A stretch of DNA of 62,261 nucleotides, filler included, from Nemertoderma westbladi (Eukaryota > Animalia > Xenacoelomorpha), in assembly GCA_032718475.1 (NCBI GenBank). It is 3 parts of 3 records of this genome, joined end to end, with 100 filler letters (N's around TTAATTAATTAA, not from the genome) between each part and the next. Parts side by side here need not be neighbours in the genome. Positions count along the whole stretch, not along the records: positions 22,670 to 44,477 come from JAUCBJ010002203.1; positions 44,578 to 62,261 come from JAUCBJ010004600.1; 1 more part is not named here. One strand, 5' to 3'. The notes beneath the pieces were generated by a model, which saw only the letters and a program-made list of their open reading frames with translations, did not search any database and was not told where the DNA came from. Position numbers and translations under genes: made by a program. This document shows, piece by piece, positions 36,361 to 49,408 of this stretch. How positions within the stretch are numbered: position 1 is the stretch's first letter; each line of letters opens with the position of its first letter.

Positions 36361-38492
36361 CCGACCATATTATAACAAATATTACTACTGCTACTACAAA
36401 TTCTGGAATCTTAAATACAAAAATTGGAACCTCAGACTACCAGCCAACATTTACAATGTTTATGAACTATAAATGTTACTTTAATATACAAAAAATTACA
36501 CTAAGTTCGATTATTCAAATTTCCCTTACCAAAATTTCATGAAAGACCTACCAACCACTCCTACACTTCTCATAACTTCTCAAATAAAGAAAAATTCGAC
36601 ATATTTTATCAAGATATAGAAAATTTTTTTAACTTAGATGTACCAAAAAAAGTAGTACCGCCAAGAAAAATCCCAAACAAACCCTGGATAAAAAAGTAAA
36701 AAAAAAAAGTAAATTTTCTTCGGCCGCTAGGCCAGGGATTACGCACAAAGTCTGACGACTTATTTCCAGTGCGGTCCCCCCAGAACTTTACTCCCCAGAG
36801 GAAACTCCAGTACTCATTTAGCTACCACTTAAGGATGCAAGGCAGAGATGCGCCCTGGCTGGTCCCTTTAAAGCATTCGTGCCGAAACGAAAACTGCCCT
36901 GGCCCATGTGAGGATCGAACCCACGACCTACAGGAGATGTGAATTCAATGCAACCACTACACCAAGGTGGAACCTTGGATGACTGATGCCCTCTTATATA
37001 GTACCCTAACAAAAAATAAACTCTACCGCTATTACATGAAACATCTGAAGCTAACCTTAAAACATTTAAATCGCATAGAAACAAATTAACTAGTACTCTA
37101 CGAGCCGCTGAACGACAGTACTACACCAAACAATTTCAACTAAACTCTAAAACACAAGAAAAACAAATTTAATAATAATAAAGGTTAATAATTATGTTGA
37201 TATAGGTTAATAATAAATTCAGCACTTAATAACAAAAAATTTACAATTCCCAAACAAATAACCACACGCACTGATGACACTGTACAAACCACTCGGGACC
37301 CAAAAAATATTGCGAACATATTTAACGAGCACTTTTCCACTGTAGGTACAACAATTAAATAACAAAATATCTATGTCTAATCGCTCCCAGCTCCGACACA
37401 TTCCTAACTCTAATCGCAGACCTATCTCATTCTCTCTAACTGAAACTAAACCTGTAGAAGTAGAGTATTTATTATTACTTATAAATCCTAAATCTGCAAC
37501 TTAATGATACTTTTCCGACGAGACTACTTCTATTAGCAGCTAAACCTATATCTATTCGATTAAGCAAACTTATAAACTTATCTATAAACCAAGTATTCTT
37601 CCCCAAGTCACTTCAAATAGCCAAAATTATCCCCTCTTTTAAATCTGAAGATCCGACAGACCCAAATAATTATCGACGCATTTCACTCTTACCTGTATTA
37701 AGCAAAATATTTGAGTAAAATATAAATTCTCAGCAAAATCCTACCTCTAAAAATATACTATCCTTTCAAATTCGCAATATAGTTTTCGCCCCAAAACGTC
37801 AACATCACATGTCCTTATTTCTGTCATTGAAAAAATTCACCAAGCATTAGATAACAAAAACTCGACCTGCGTTATTTATATTGGGGACTTGAGGAAAGCA
37901 TTCGATACTGTCAACCATACAATTTTACTTGACAAGCTCAACTGCTATGGCGTGCGCGGGGTCCCTCTAAAACTAATAGGTAGCTTAATGTCATCTAGAC
38001 TCCAGTACGTTTCCGTAGATAATCACTGTTCCTCTCTCCTCCCCCTCATCTGTGGGCTCCCACAAGTTCTCTTCCCCTTACTGTTTCTACTCTAACGATC
38101 TCCCTAATGCCACTACCCTACTATCCACACTATTCGCTGATGATACGACTTTCTATGAAGCAGCTGGAAACAATATAACTACTCAATCAAATAAAAATAC
38201 AAATTCTGAACTAAATAACGTTGCTGACTGGCTGATAGACAATCGTCTCTCTTTGAATCTAAAAAAACTGAATCAATTATTTTTCTCAAATGTATTAAAA
38301 AATCCTCAGGATACACCTAGATTAATAATAAACCACCAAAACATCAAACGAACAAATTGCACAAAATTTTTAGGAATCTTATGTAGATAACAAGTTAACA
38401 TGGAAATCACACATCAAACACATAATCTTCAAAATATCTAAGTCCACAGGTATATTTTATACATTACGACACATATTTCCACAACATATCCT
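36361..38492 (+). mobile_element. Decayed CR1/L2-like LINE ORF2, 5' part; continues at 41220-41840 after nested insertions
   Basis: PW, HRNKLTSTLRAAERQYY, FPKSLQIAKIIP..K..DPTDPNNYR.ISLLPVLSKIFE, DLRKAFDTVNH, LFADDT and FLGI motifs. Confidence 0.88.
36690..36972 (-). mobile_element. tRNA-derived SINE inserted in the LINE
   Basis: Minus strand has A-box TGGTGTAGTGG, B-box GGTTCGATCC and a (TTTAC)/T-rich tail. Flanking near-direct repeats aaccctggat (36680-36689) and aaccttggat (36971-36980). Confidence 0.75.
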
Positions 38493-39289
38493 TAGTTCCA
38501 ATTTGGGCGAATTTAGTTCCAATTTAGGCGAACTTAGTTCCAATTTAGGCGAACTTAGTTCCAATTTAGGCGAACTTAGTTCCAATAACTAGAAAAAACG
38601 AAAACGAATTTAGTTACAATGCATGCGAATTTAGTTCCAATGGATGCGAATTTAGTTTCAATGGATGCGAATTTAGTTCCAATGCATGCGAATTTAGTTC
38701 CAATGGAAACGAATTTAGTTCCAATTTGGGCGAATTTAGTTCCAATTTAGGCGAACTTAGTTCCAATAACTAGAAAAAACGAAAACGAATTTAGTTACAA
38801 TGCATGCGAATTTAGTTCCAATGGATGCAAATTTAGTTTCAATGGATGCGAATTTAGTTTCAATGGATGCGAATTTAGTTCCAATGGATGCGAATTTAGT
38901 TTCAATGGATGCGAATTTTGTTCCAATGCATGCGAATTTAGTTCCAATGGAAGCGAATTTAGTTCCAATGGAAGTGAATTTAGTTCCAATGGGTGCGAAC
39001 TTAGTTGCAATGGAAGCGAATTTAGTTCCAATGTTTCAGGTGTGGGGCGAGCCATGTAGTTGGCGAAGAATCTGTTTAATGATATAATTAGGTGGATGAT
39101 TAAATAATAATTGTAAATAACTAACCCAAAACGCCCACACAACCTCCTAAGTAAAACAATCTTATCCCAAACAACGCCCAACCTCTTAATCCAAACAACG
39201 CCCATCTATTTAAACAGAAACAACTGGTAAATATTGTATTTGGTGTGAAAATGGCACAATGTGCATGAATTGAATATATAATACTACAG

Positions 39290-39422
39290 GGGCAAGTGGC
39301 TGAACTGGATAGCCCTACTGATGAGGCCTGATAGGCTGAAACGTACGTATAGCGCTGGTTCAACCCTCGGTAACGCGCTTTCTCATTTTTTCCATTTCTG
39401 AACAAAACCATAATATTACATC
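39290..39422 (+). mobile_element. tRNA-like/hammerhead element family 1, intact insertion with a 13-bp TSD
   Basis: TSD tataatactacag (39277-39289) and tataacactacag (39423-39435). A-box-like GTGGCTGAACTGG, B-box GGTTCAACCC (39357-39366), T6 at 39386-39391. Confidence 0.8.
39311..39356 (+). ncRNA. Minimal type I hammerhead ribozyme
   Basis: Stem I AGCCCTA/TAGCGCT (1 mismatch; the 36268 copy has the perfect AGCGCTA). Core CTGATGA 39318-24, stem II GGCCT-gat-AGGCT, GAAA 39338-41, palindromic stem III ACGTACGT. Predicted cleavage after GTA at 39349. Confidence 0.85.
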
Positions 39423-40113
39423 TATAACACTACAGACTCAAGTCAGTCAGTATCAGTATACACGTATATTAATATATGTTTCAAAATGTGTAATTATACA
39501 TTTACAGTAATTCATTAATAATAATTCGTTTGTTATAAATGACAGAAGGGTTTTACAATTATTGTTGACCCTGGCAATACGCAATAGGCTTCGCCTACTA
39601 CCTACGTGGCTATCCCAACGATTGAAACATTGGAACTAAGTTCGTACCCATTGGAACTAAATTCGCAAGCATTGGAACTAAGTTCGTACCTATTGGAACT
39701 AAATTCGCCGCCATTGGAACTAAATTCACATGCATTGGAACTATATTCTCATGCATTGGAACTAAATTCGCATCCATTGGAACTAAGTTCGTTTTGATAT
39801 TCTGGGATTGGAACTAAGTTCGCCTCGACTGGAACTAAGTTCGCCTCGCTTTGTAAAATTTATTTTGGAACTAAATTCGTTTCAATTGGAACTAAGTTCG
39901 CCTTTGGAAATGTGCGATTGGAACTAAGTTCGTGCTACCCTATAGGGTAGTGCGCATTCTACTACACTAAATCCCTTAAAAACTAAAATAAATAAAATAG
40001 TTAGGTGTATTACCTTTAGTCACTATAGATCTCCAGCTCTCCCTATCTACAAATCACTATCTATACTCCCTCTAGACTCACTATATAAGCTCCAAGTAGC
40101 TAGCTACCTTCAT

Positions 40114-41220
40114 GGGTAACGAACTTAGTTCCAATCGCACATTTTCAAATGCGAACTCCAATTGAAACGAATTTAGTTCCAAAATAAATTTTACAAAGCG
40201 GACTTAGTTCCAGTCGAGGCGAACTTAGTTCCAATCCCAGAATATCAAAACGAACTTAGTTCCAATGCATGCGAATTTAGTTCCAATGGAAGCGAATTTA
40301 GTTCCAATGCATGCGAATTTAGTTCCAATGGAGGCGAATTTAGTTCCAATGGATGCGAACTTAGTTCCAATGCAAGCGAATTTAGTTCCAATGGATGCGA
40401 ATTTAGTTCCAATGGAGGCGAATTTAGTTCCAATGGATGCGAACTTAGTTCCAATGGAAGCGAATTTAGTTCCAATGGATGCGAATTTAGTTCCAATGGA
40501 AGCGAATTTAGTTCCAATGGATGCGAACTTAGTTCAAATGTTTCAATCGTGGGGATAGCCACGTAATAAGCGAAGCCTATTGCGTATTGCCACTATTTGT
40601 GGTGGGTCAGGGTCAACAATAATTGTAAATAATTGTAAAACCCTTCCGTCATTTATAAAAAACGAATTATTATTAATGAATTAAATGTATAATTACACAT
40701 TTTGAAATATATATTAATCACGAGTATAGGCCTAATGACTGACTGAGTCTGTAGTATTTATATACTCAAGTCATGCACATTGTGCCATTTTCACACCTAA
40801 TACAATATTTACCAGTTGTTTCGGTTTAGGTGGATGGGCGTTGTTTGGGTTAGGAGGTTGGGCGTAGTTTGGGTTAAGAGCTTCGGCGTTGTTTGGGATA
40901 ATATTGTTTTGGTTAGGGAGGTTGGGCGTTTTGGGTTAGTTATTTACAATTATTATATAATAATCCATTTAATAGTGTAATTAAACAGATTCTTTGTCAA
41001 CTACGTGGCTCGCCCCATACCTGAAACATTGGAACTAAATTCGCTTCCATTGGAACTAAATTCGCTTGCATTGGAACTAAGTTCGTTTTCGTTTTTCTCT
41101 AGTTATTGGAAATAAGTTCGCCTAAATTGGAACTAAATTCGCCAAAATTGGAACTAAATTCGTTTCCATTGGAACTAAATTCGCAGTAGGCTTAAATTGG
41201 AACTAAGTACGGGGAATCAC
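40114..41220 (-). mobile_element. Second, inverted copy of the 21-bp-array element (no hammerhead insertion)
   Basis: Core 40541-41025 is the reverse complement of 39033-39625. Terminus gggtaacgaacttagttcc. Confidence 0.75.
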
Positions 41221-41840
41221 CTTGATGTACGTACAATATAAATAACATCTCAATACTAAACGATACACTGCAAAATTAATTTAGGAAATCCTACTCCATA
41301 CATAGATACAATACACGCTCATCGGCTCGTGGAGACTTTTATATAGACACAGTAAGACTAGATTATTCACAACGATCCGTGAGTTTTCAAGGTCCTATGG
41401 TTTGGAATGAACTACCCCTGGAAATTCGAAAATGAAATCAAAGGTTTATTTACTAAAAAACTAAAAAAACATATCTTAGCTCTATAATAAAATTAAAGAA
41501 ATTCTAATAATACAAATTACTAACTCAACACAGTATCTCCCATAAGTTTGCGCCCAGCAGCGTATTGTATCGTGGCGGAGTGGAATGGAACTGCTAATAA
41601 ACTAACAAATTACTTCACAATTAAATTCAATCGAATCCTGAGTACTCCACAAAACCACACCCCCACCCCATCACCACCCCCCCATAAAAATTCAAGCAGG
41701 TAAGCAGTCGAGCTACACTAGCTATGCTATTGCTCGACTGCAGTTGTAAGACTAATATCTTATACAAAGCAATTTCATGTGCTATTTATAATTGATGTAT
41801 TATGAAAGAAATAAATAAACTAAACTAAACTGAACTGAAC
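41220..41840 (+). mobile_element. 3' end of the CR1/L2-like LINE with a microsatellite tail
   Basis: YSQRSVSFQGPMVWNELPLEIR...FTKKLKKHIL; tail aataaataaactaaactaaactgaactgaact. Confidence 0.7.
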
Positions 41841-41879
41841 TTCCACCCATAATTAGGAAAGTTGGACATAGGTTTATAA

Positions 41880-42545
41880 GAGCAATGCGTTTGTTTGTGG
41901 TGTTTCCTATGAGTGTGTCAAGCTTTCCAGAGTACCAGACTTTATAATTTGGCATTGATTAACTTAAGTCCATGTTTCAACTCACTCCTCCCAATACTTA
42001 AATTGATACTTACTCTGAATAATTAAAATTGTAGAGACGCATAACTCTATGTGATCAACCGAAGTTTTATTAAATATGGACGAGCCAAGAAGTCGAAGAG
42101 CCTTAATGAAAAATGAAGAGAAAACTTTGCCTTCTTGAATTACAGGCACGTAAATATGGAACTTACACATTTTTTTAGAGTTGTCATCCAGCGGCGTTTC
42201 GATACAGGGAATGTTGCTTCTATAACTTCAGAAAATATGTTGGATATATAGAATATATGGAATGCCGTTGTTTGTGGTGTCTCCTATGAGTGTGTCACGC
42301 TTTCCAGTACCAGAGACTTTATAAGTTGGCATTGACATGTTTTTCAGAGGGTTGTATTAGGCCTATTATCGTTTGTATCCTAACTCCTCCCCAATACTTA
42401 TATTGATACTTACTGCTAATAACTCTATGTAACAAACCGAAGTTAAATTAAATATGGATGAGCCAAGAGGTCGAAGAGCCTTTGAAAAATGAATAAAAAC
42501 TTCGCCTTCTTGAATTACAGGCAAGTAAATATGCAACTTACACCT
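41880..42545. repeat. Local ~380-bp tandem duplication of unidentified sequence
   Basis: gtttgtggtgt.tcctatgagtgtgtca...ccttcttgaattacaggca occurs at ~41890-42150 and ~42270-42525. Confidence 0.75.
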
Positions 42546-43589
42546 GGTTACTATTACTACTAAAATCCGCTGCTGCATTGAAGCTGCACATTGAGATGTT
42601 ATGCTGGCTTAACAAAATTATTTTTGCCAGCACCATTAATTTTGCATTAAAATGCTAAATTAAAAATTGGTAACCCTATACCAGATATTTATTGCATTTT
42701 TATATTTTTAAAATGTTCTAGAACACTTGGCAGACCCTAAAATCAATTTTGTACCACATATATATCCTTAATATACCTTAGTATACCTATAACATTAATA
42801 TGACATTATCTTTCCACAACCTATAAAATGTGACCACAACCTATGAAATGTGAACCCTCCCACCCTTATATGCGCGAAATTATTATCATGGAATCATAGC
42901 TTGATCATTGATGGGTTAAAATTTGACATGTGTAGAATTTTTTAACAGAACTACCGACTTCATCTTCTTTAAAATAAAATATAGCTAGTGTTTTCATGGA
43001 AATTGCTAATGGACGTGTTAATCTTCCATTTTAATGAATGTAATTATCGCACTCAAGGACACCATATGTTTGTTAGTTAATTAATGACATATTAGCAAGA
43101 ATGTCATTCAGCAATCATTATTTCTTTAAAAGTACTTAATACTAATAATTTAGTTGTGTACAAATTTTTATATTTCTGGTACATAATTTACTTTTTTTGA
43201 CACTTTATTTTTGGCCAAACACTTCCTCTGATACATGCTTCTACACCAGTTTTATCTGTTTCTCAGATATCAACAAAAAATATCACAGATTAATATAATT
43301 TTCAATAATTTTCCCACAGGTGATTTTGGTTGAGTGGCTTCATCTTATTTCTTTGGTGGCTATAATAATATAATAATAATATACATCGCCTTTCTGGGTG
43401 TTTTTCAAGGCACTACTGTACCCTACTGTAGGGACTACATATATATATATATATATTTGTAACAATAAAATGTATCAAAAATAAATTTCAGTAAAAACAA
43501 TCTAAAAAATATTCACTAACAAACAATTAGATTACAATGAATGCGAGATGAAATAAAAACAGTGTTATACAGTAATGAAAATAGCAATA

Positions 43590-43900
43590 TTTCTGTGTAA
43601 AAAGGTGGGTTTTCAGTTGGGATTTGAATAAAGTCAATGTTCCAGCGTGCTGTACATCTCTTGGGATGGAGTTCCACATAGTTAGAGTAGCGATCAAGAA
43701 AGAACGTCGTACTGCTCTAATTTTTCAACTAAATTTTTTATTGTTACGTAACCTTTAATTTAATTTACAATGCGAATTATATAGGTATACACTACCTTAA
43801 CAATAATATATATTTTTCAAATAAATAATCAGGTGCACCCCCGTTGATACATTTAAATGTTAGCGTGGCAATCTGAAATTCTATTCTATGCTTAATTACG
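43590..43900 (-). mobile_element. L2-type LINE 3' fragment
   Basis: Minus strand RIEFQIATLTFKCINGGAPDY and WNSIPRDVQHAGTLTLFKSQLKTHLF. Confidence 0.75.
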
Positions 43901-44218
43901 ATTCAACACCTGTGTTAGGTTGTCTTGTTTCTTCACGTACACTAATATAGTCGCGATTTTATATATTTGTCCATAATGAGCATAAAGCGATTCTGACCAG
44001 GTTTCCACACAAGCTCTTGTATGATAGATTATCTTGAGTACCCAATCAAAAGAACTAGAACTCTAAAACTCTATAAGAACTCTATAAGTAATATTGTCGC
44101 AGATGAAGCACTATGTTGTAGGATTGGCTTCTGTGTTACTCCTGCACATGAATCATAGTCACCTTTTCTGATTCTGATTTCCCCAGTGTCTTCATCCAGA
44201 ATTCATCGAAACTATAGT

Positions 44219-44477
44219 GTGGGGCGAGCCACGAAAGTAAACGAGCTTAGGATACAGGTACCTCTAACTCGGTGGGTCACTCAATCGGTGTGTCTGTTGT
44301 TCTGTCGCTCTGTTGTGTCCAATTTTAAACGTTAATGACTCAGCCAAATGTTAATGAAATTTAACCAAACTTGCTACACATGTAGTCTGGCCAAAGTTTT
44401 GAAATTTTCCAAGTTGAATTTCCGTGTGTCCTTCGAGAAGCTAAGATAATAGCAATTCATTAGTTAATTAAGTTTAT
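44219..44477 (+). mobile_element. Helentron/DINE-1-like dispersed repeat, copy 2 (cut by the gap)
   Basis: Similar to 4631-4866. Confidence 0.55.
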
Positions 44478-44577
44478 NNNNNNNNNNNNNNNNNNNNNNN
44501 NNNNNNNNNNNNNNNNNNNNNTTAATTAATTAANNNNNNNNNNNNNNNNNNNNNNNNNNNNNNNNNNNNNNNNNNNN
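44478..44577. other. Assembly gap with artificial TTAATTAATTAA linker
   Basis: N44 + linker (44522-44533) + N44. Confidence 0.97.
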
Positions 44578-45874
44578 ATTTTGCAACCTTATTGCCTACT
44601 GCAATAAGATTATAAACTGTTACTGTTCGCGCTTTTGAAGACCTTTAGCAGTTTAACCTGCCAAAATTTATATGTCTTTTAGTTAATTAAAACCACTTTA
44701 GCATACGACAATAATTTATGCTAATACGCAAAACACTAGCCGAAGTCAGCCCATGCGCGATCATTCACCCGATGGATCTACACCCGGGAGACTGAATTCG
44801 GATGCTTGAATTTTATTATTGCAGTGTAAGGTTGCAGTGTATACCTACTGTATTATTCAATAGATCGTTAATAATTAATCTCTGACAGATATTATTGGCT
44901 TTCGGGAAATATTAACAGTTCCTTTAGGACGTGGCGCTTTATCTATTTAAACAGAACTAAGACTTATACTAAAACGCAACGATACTGCTTATGATTAAAG
45001 TATAAAGCGTATTCTTTAGGAAATACTTTGTTACCAATCACGATCGTACACACTATTCTGCCGACAGTCAGTATATTTGATCACACATAAAGAGAGCAGT
45101 AATTGACTCACGTAGGGTCTGCTAAATAACATTGGATTCAATACACACCACATTAATATAAATCGCAATTGTTATGTATAGCCGGTCTCTCTAACCTGTA
45201 GTGTTATCAAGAAAATTGGGAATTTGGGTGATTTATCCGTATTATCCAAAGAGCAATATTTCCATCAACAAATAGGTACAATTAATAACTGACGGTAAAA
45301 TAACAATACCAACAATATGATTAATGCAATTAAATTAAGTAAGTATGTTAAGATGCGTTAAGGTTCGATTCGTTAAGGTAACAGTTTATACTTTCGATAA
45401 TTCAAGCAGTTTACTAGAGTTCTTACCGAAAAGCCGGTGTTTCTGGCTTAGACAGCAATAACAACAAAGTATCAAGTAAAAACAGTAAGACTGAACACTC
45501 TCCTTATGATCGACTGAAAAGCTACACGTCGACAGGAAAAATCGCTCCGATTGGCTCAAGCCAAACAAAGAACCGTGCGTCCAATGGCTGTTTCCATGTC
45601 AGCAACCAGCTGTTAGATGTCGTAATATGAATTATCACGGCTAAGCTGTGAAAGGTAGTTGGTGCATTACAGGTTTTTTGCCTTACCATGTCCGCCAAAA
45701 CACGTATATAGCAGAATGATTTTTATGTCCGTTAAAACACCTGTAAAGGTACCTTGTGGGCGAGGGGAATATATATACAGTCAGAGAACCCTTTTAGAGT
45801 ATTCCAGCGCTTGGGGGGGAACTGGCCAGCAAAGGCAAACGTATCAGTTATCCCACAAAAGCTTTTACACTATT

Positions 45875-47541
45875 CATACACCTGAGGTTCTCACTTTGAC
45901 ACGTGCCCTTGGCTGCAACCGAGTGGTTGTGGAAGCCTGGTTCACCCTGCTCAAAAATAAGTTAACCGAACTAGGTATAGAGGATCGGCCAGGGCAAATA
46001 TTTAACTGCGGCGAGAGTGGGTTGGGAACAAATCCGAAGGTAAAGCGAATAATCACTAAGAGAGGCGCCAAAAATCCAGTAAATATTATTCCTGGATCAG
46101 GAAAAGAACAGTATACAATCTTGGCAACTGTTAGCGCTGCTGGTAGAAAGTGTCCACCCATGGTAATATTTAAAGGAAAGAATTTATACGCTGAATGGAC
46201 AAAAGGTGGACCCGATAATACGATATATGGTGTATCGGAAAATGGATGGATGGACACAGCCAACTTTGCTGATTTCTTTCGATATTTTGCTACAGTTTGG
46301 TTAGTGGGTGTGCCAAGACCTGTTCTTCTAATATACGACGGCCACTTGAGCCATGTCTCATTGCAGGTTGTCTTGATGGCAATAGAACATAAAATCCATA
46401 TATTATGCCTCCCTAGCCATTGTTCTCATCTTCTTCAACCGTTGGATGTCGGTTTATTCAAACAAACCAAGGAGGAGTGGCGGTGCATCCTTCAAACGTT
46501 CTAAAAGGAATCTAGGCTGAAAGCGGTTGGAAAGGCAAACTTTCCACCACTGCTAAAGAAGCTATATGATAAATCGTTCAAGCCTACCCATATAGTAAGT
46601 TCTTTCTCTAAGTCAGGAATAGGCCTATTCCCATTTGACCCCCAAGCAATACCAAGGGAAAAACTGTCACCAGGAGATGTATTTGATCGGCCTTTACTAT
46701 TACCAACACCCACTGCTTGCAGTTGCAATACAGCTCAGATACAATGTCTTACACCCACCGCTTCCAATACAGCTCAGATACAACAAAGTCTTACAACCAC
46801 CGCTTCCAATACAGCTCAGATACAATGTCTTACACCCACCGCTTCCAATACAGCTCAGATACAAAGTCTTATACCCACCACTTCCAATACAGCTCAGATA
46901 CAAAGTCTAATACCCACCACTTCCAATCCAGCTCAGATACAAAGTCTTACACCCACCACTTCCAATACAGCTCAGATACAAAGTCTTACACCCACCACTT
47001 CCAATCCAGCTCAGATACAAAGTCTTACACCCACCCCTACCGCTTTCAATCTACCTCAGCAACAAACTCCACTCATTACACTGCCATGTAGCTCAGTCAT
47101 TGTCAGCTCACCGACTTCCGCAATTAAACAAGCGGTTACACATTTGCGAATACAACACAATGATGTTCGATCTAAGAGGGCATCAAAGGTTATTATGGGG
47201 GGGAGTGTCTGACGGAGGTTGAAGCACTAAATCGGTTAAGTGAGGAGACGGCGGCAAAGAAAGTTGCCTTGGAAAAGAAAAAAGATAAAAGAAGTAAGAA
47301 TAAAAAGTCTGCCAAGGCTAATTCTGTATCCAGCACTGTCAGCACTTCAACATCTAATGTCTCAATTAACAGTGATGACAATTTCTGCTACAACTGCCAG
47401 AAGAACTGGCATGATGATGCTTCGAATCAACAAGATATATGGGTGATTTGTGATATGTGTGACAACTCATGGAGTTGCACCGATTGCTTACCTGATGATT
47501 TTGACTATGCTGGGGAATTCATCTGTAACCTTTGTGAATAA
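45875..47541 (+). pseudogene. Pogo/Tigger-type (DDE_1, CENP-B-related) transposase with a C-terminal PHD-like finger; inactivated
   Basis: IFNCGESG (first catalytic Asp replaced by Gly), SENGWM, LLIYDGHLSH and QPLDVG. Premature TAA at 46502-46504 with coding similarity continuing (SFSKSGIGLFPFDPQAI). Terminal CYNC...WVICDMCDNSWSCTDC...FICNLC. Confidence 0.88.
46725..47040 (+). repeat. 42-bp minisatellite inside the transposase (ccaatacagctcagatacaaagtcttacacccaccacttc-type), about 7 copies
   Basis: Direct reading. Confidence 0.85.
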
Positions 47542-47889
47542 TAATTGGATGCGGGGGATTATTTGATATTATGACTATTATTGGCTTCAACTTTGAACAT
47601 TTATGTATCTGAACTTGGAACGCTTATGTATCCAAACTTTGAACATTTATATGTCTGAAACCTATGTATCCAAACTTTGAACATTTATGTTTCTGAAACC
47701 TGGTTATTTACCTACTTCATAGTGTACCACTATTTCAATTTGTATTATAGGCCTATTAATTGCAACAATTACATATGCAATACTTAGCTATGCTTGAAGT
47801 GCAATATTATAATTTGTTGTTATTTGTATGTACGATTCAAGATAATAATTGGTATATGTTTATCTGATGTTTTTTTAAAACATTAAAAA

Positions 47890-48322
47890 TGGTTCACTTT
47901 ACCCCCTGAAAATTACTGATTGGGGTAAAATGGTTTTGAACCTTATTTGAAAGAAAGCTCACTTTGCCTCATGAGCTATTCGAGAGGTCAAAAAAAAATA
48001 CATAATCTGCCTATTTAATAGGCAAATTATGTATTAATTCTATCATAGCAATTACTGACTGGGGTTAAACGGTTTTGCAAATGATTTTAGAGATAGCTCA
48101 CTTTGCCCCATGAGTGGGGTAAATTGAGCTACTTGTGTGCTCTAAACAAAAGATATAATTTTCCTATTTAATAGGCAAATTATGTTTTAATTTTTGTGAG
48201 GTGGATTAGAGCAATAATGTAGTGCACAAAGGAATGCATTGGTATTTCCTCAATGTGATATTAACTATTTTTAAAACACGAAAAACTGCAAAAGTAGCTC
48301 ACTTCACCCTAGTTTATTAGTA
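47890..48322. mobile_element. Right end/TIR region of the pogo-like element
   Basis: Repeated (g)ctcacttt(g/a)cccc-type motifs near 47893, 47957, 48096 and 48297, ending ...cttcaccctagtttattagta. The left end was not found. Confidence 0.5.
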
Positions 48323-48557
48323 ATATTATTTTTTTTATATTTATGTGTGGGAAGGGCGTCTCGCCCTCAATCCCACCCCCCTCAGCCTAATTAAATAAAA
48401 TTGAATTAAATAATAATAATTAATGTAATTAATTAACTAATTTACGTGTTATAATGATTATTACTTACTATGGTACGTGGTACGGTATTGAATTATACCC
48501 TAGGCCTAATTAATTAATTTAACGTGTTTTAATAAAAGAGGTCTATTAATTAATTAC

Positions 48558-49408
48558 CTGTAATAATATGCCGGTCATCTTTACAGAAATCGACAGCAAA
48601 GATGCGGCTCCCCGTTCCTCCAATCCGGTTGATAACCTCCCCAGTTACAGAATTTAGAATATAAATCAACCCGGTCTTCCACCCAACAACAGCGATTCTG
48701 GATCCGTTCGGACTCAATACGATCGTCAGGGCCTCATGAGTTGCTTTCTGTCTCCACAAGGTCTCCCCTGTATCAACAACGAAGCGATGGATCCCTCCTA
48801 CCCTATCTACCGACACCACTGACTCCCCATCCGGACCCCAACCCAGACTCCAGACCCCCCCAATGTGATCCCAGTGTTGGTACAACATCCCCTGGGTTTC
48901 GGTCGCCCAAACTTTTACTGTTCCATCACTCGAACCGCTGGCCAACCGGGACCCGTTCGAGTCGAACCGAATACAGTAAACTGGCCCAGAATGCCCCACC
49001 CAGTTCGTAACCTTATATTTCCTCCCAGTTATTGATATAATAGAAATCCACCCGTCGTCCCCACAAGTTGCAATAACGTCCCGGTTGGAGGGATTTATAT
49101 CTATTCCCAACCTCCATTCATGCTCCCCCCCACCAAACACAAACTCCCCCCCCCGGTACCTCCACTACGACCCTCCAACCGGTCGTTTCCCGCTCCCAGA
49201 CCGTCACCGACCCCGCCCAGGTTCCCGAGGCAACGCGGTTCCCGTCCGTAGAAACCGCGACTGTAATGTAATCGATAGAACCTCCGGATTCCGGTAGATC
49301 TTCCTTTTCGTAGAGAGTTGTAGAGTTTATGATACAGGGGGGGTTGCGAGACACAAAGACAACCTCCTCGGTACCCGGGATCATTTTGAGTTCCAGGATC
49401 GCCGCCAT
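48558..49408 (-). CDS. WD40-repeat protein, probably the first exon; apparent frameshift in a C homopolymer near 49146-49153
   Basis: Repeats such as GHSGPVYCIRFDSNGSRLASGSSDGTVKVW and VAVSTDGNRVASGTWAGSVTVW. ATG at 49408 (MAAILE). ACAG|gtaatt at 48558 is a likely donor rather than the stop at 48550. Confidence 0.8.

Larger units (their letters stand above)
38493..39940 (+). mobile_element. Non-autonomous element with inverted subterminal arrays of a 21-bp repeat (GCGAATTTAGTTCCAATGGAT), copy 1
   Basis: Forward array 38493-39032, unique core, reverse array 39626-39932, terminus gttcgtgctaccc. Confidence 0.75.

Noticed and set aside
36900-36975. Functional tRNA gene
   Set aside because: A/B boxes are present but there is no proper anticodon arm or acceptor stem. 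It has a SINE-like body, tail and flanking repeats.
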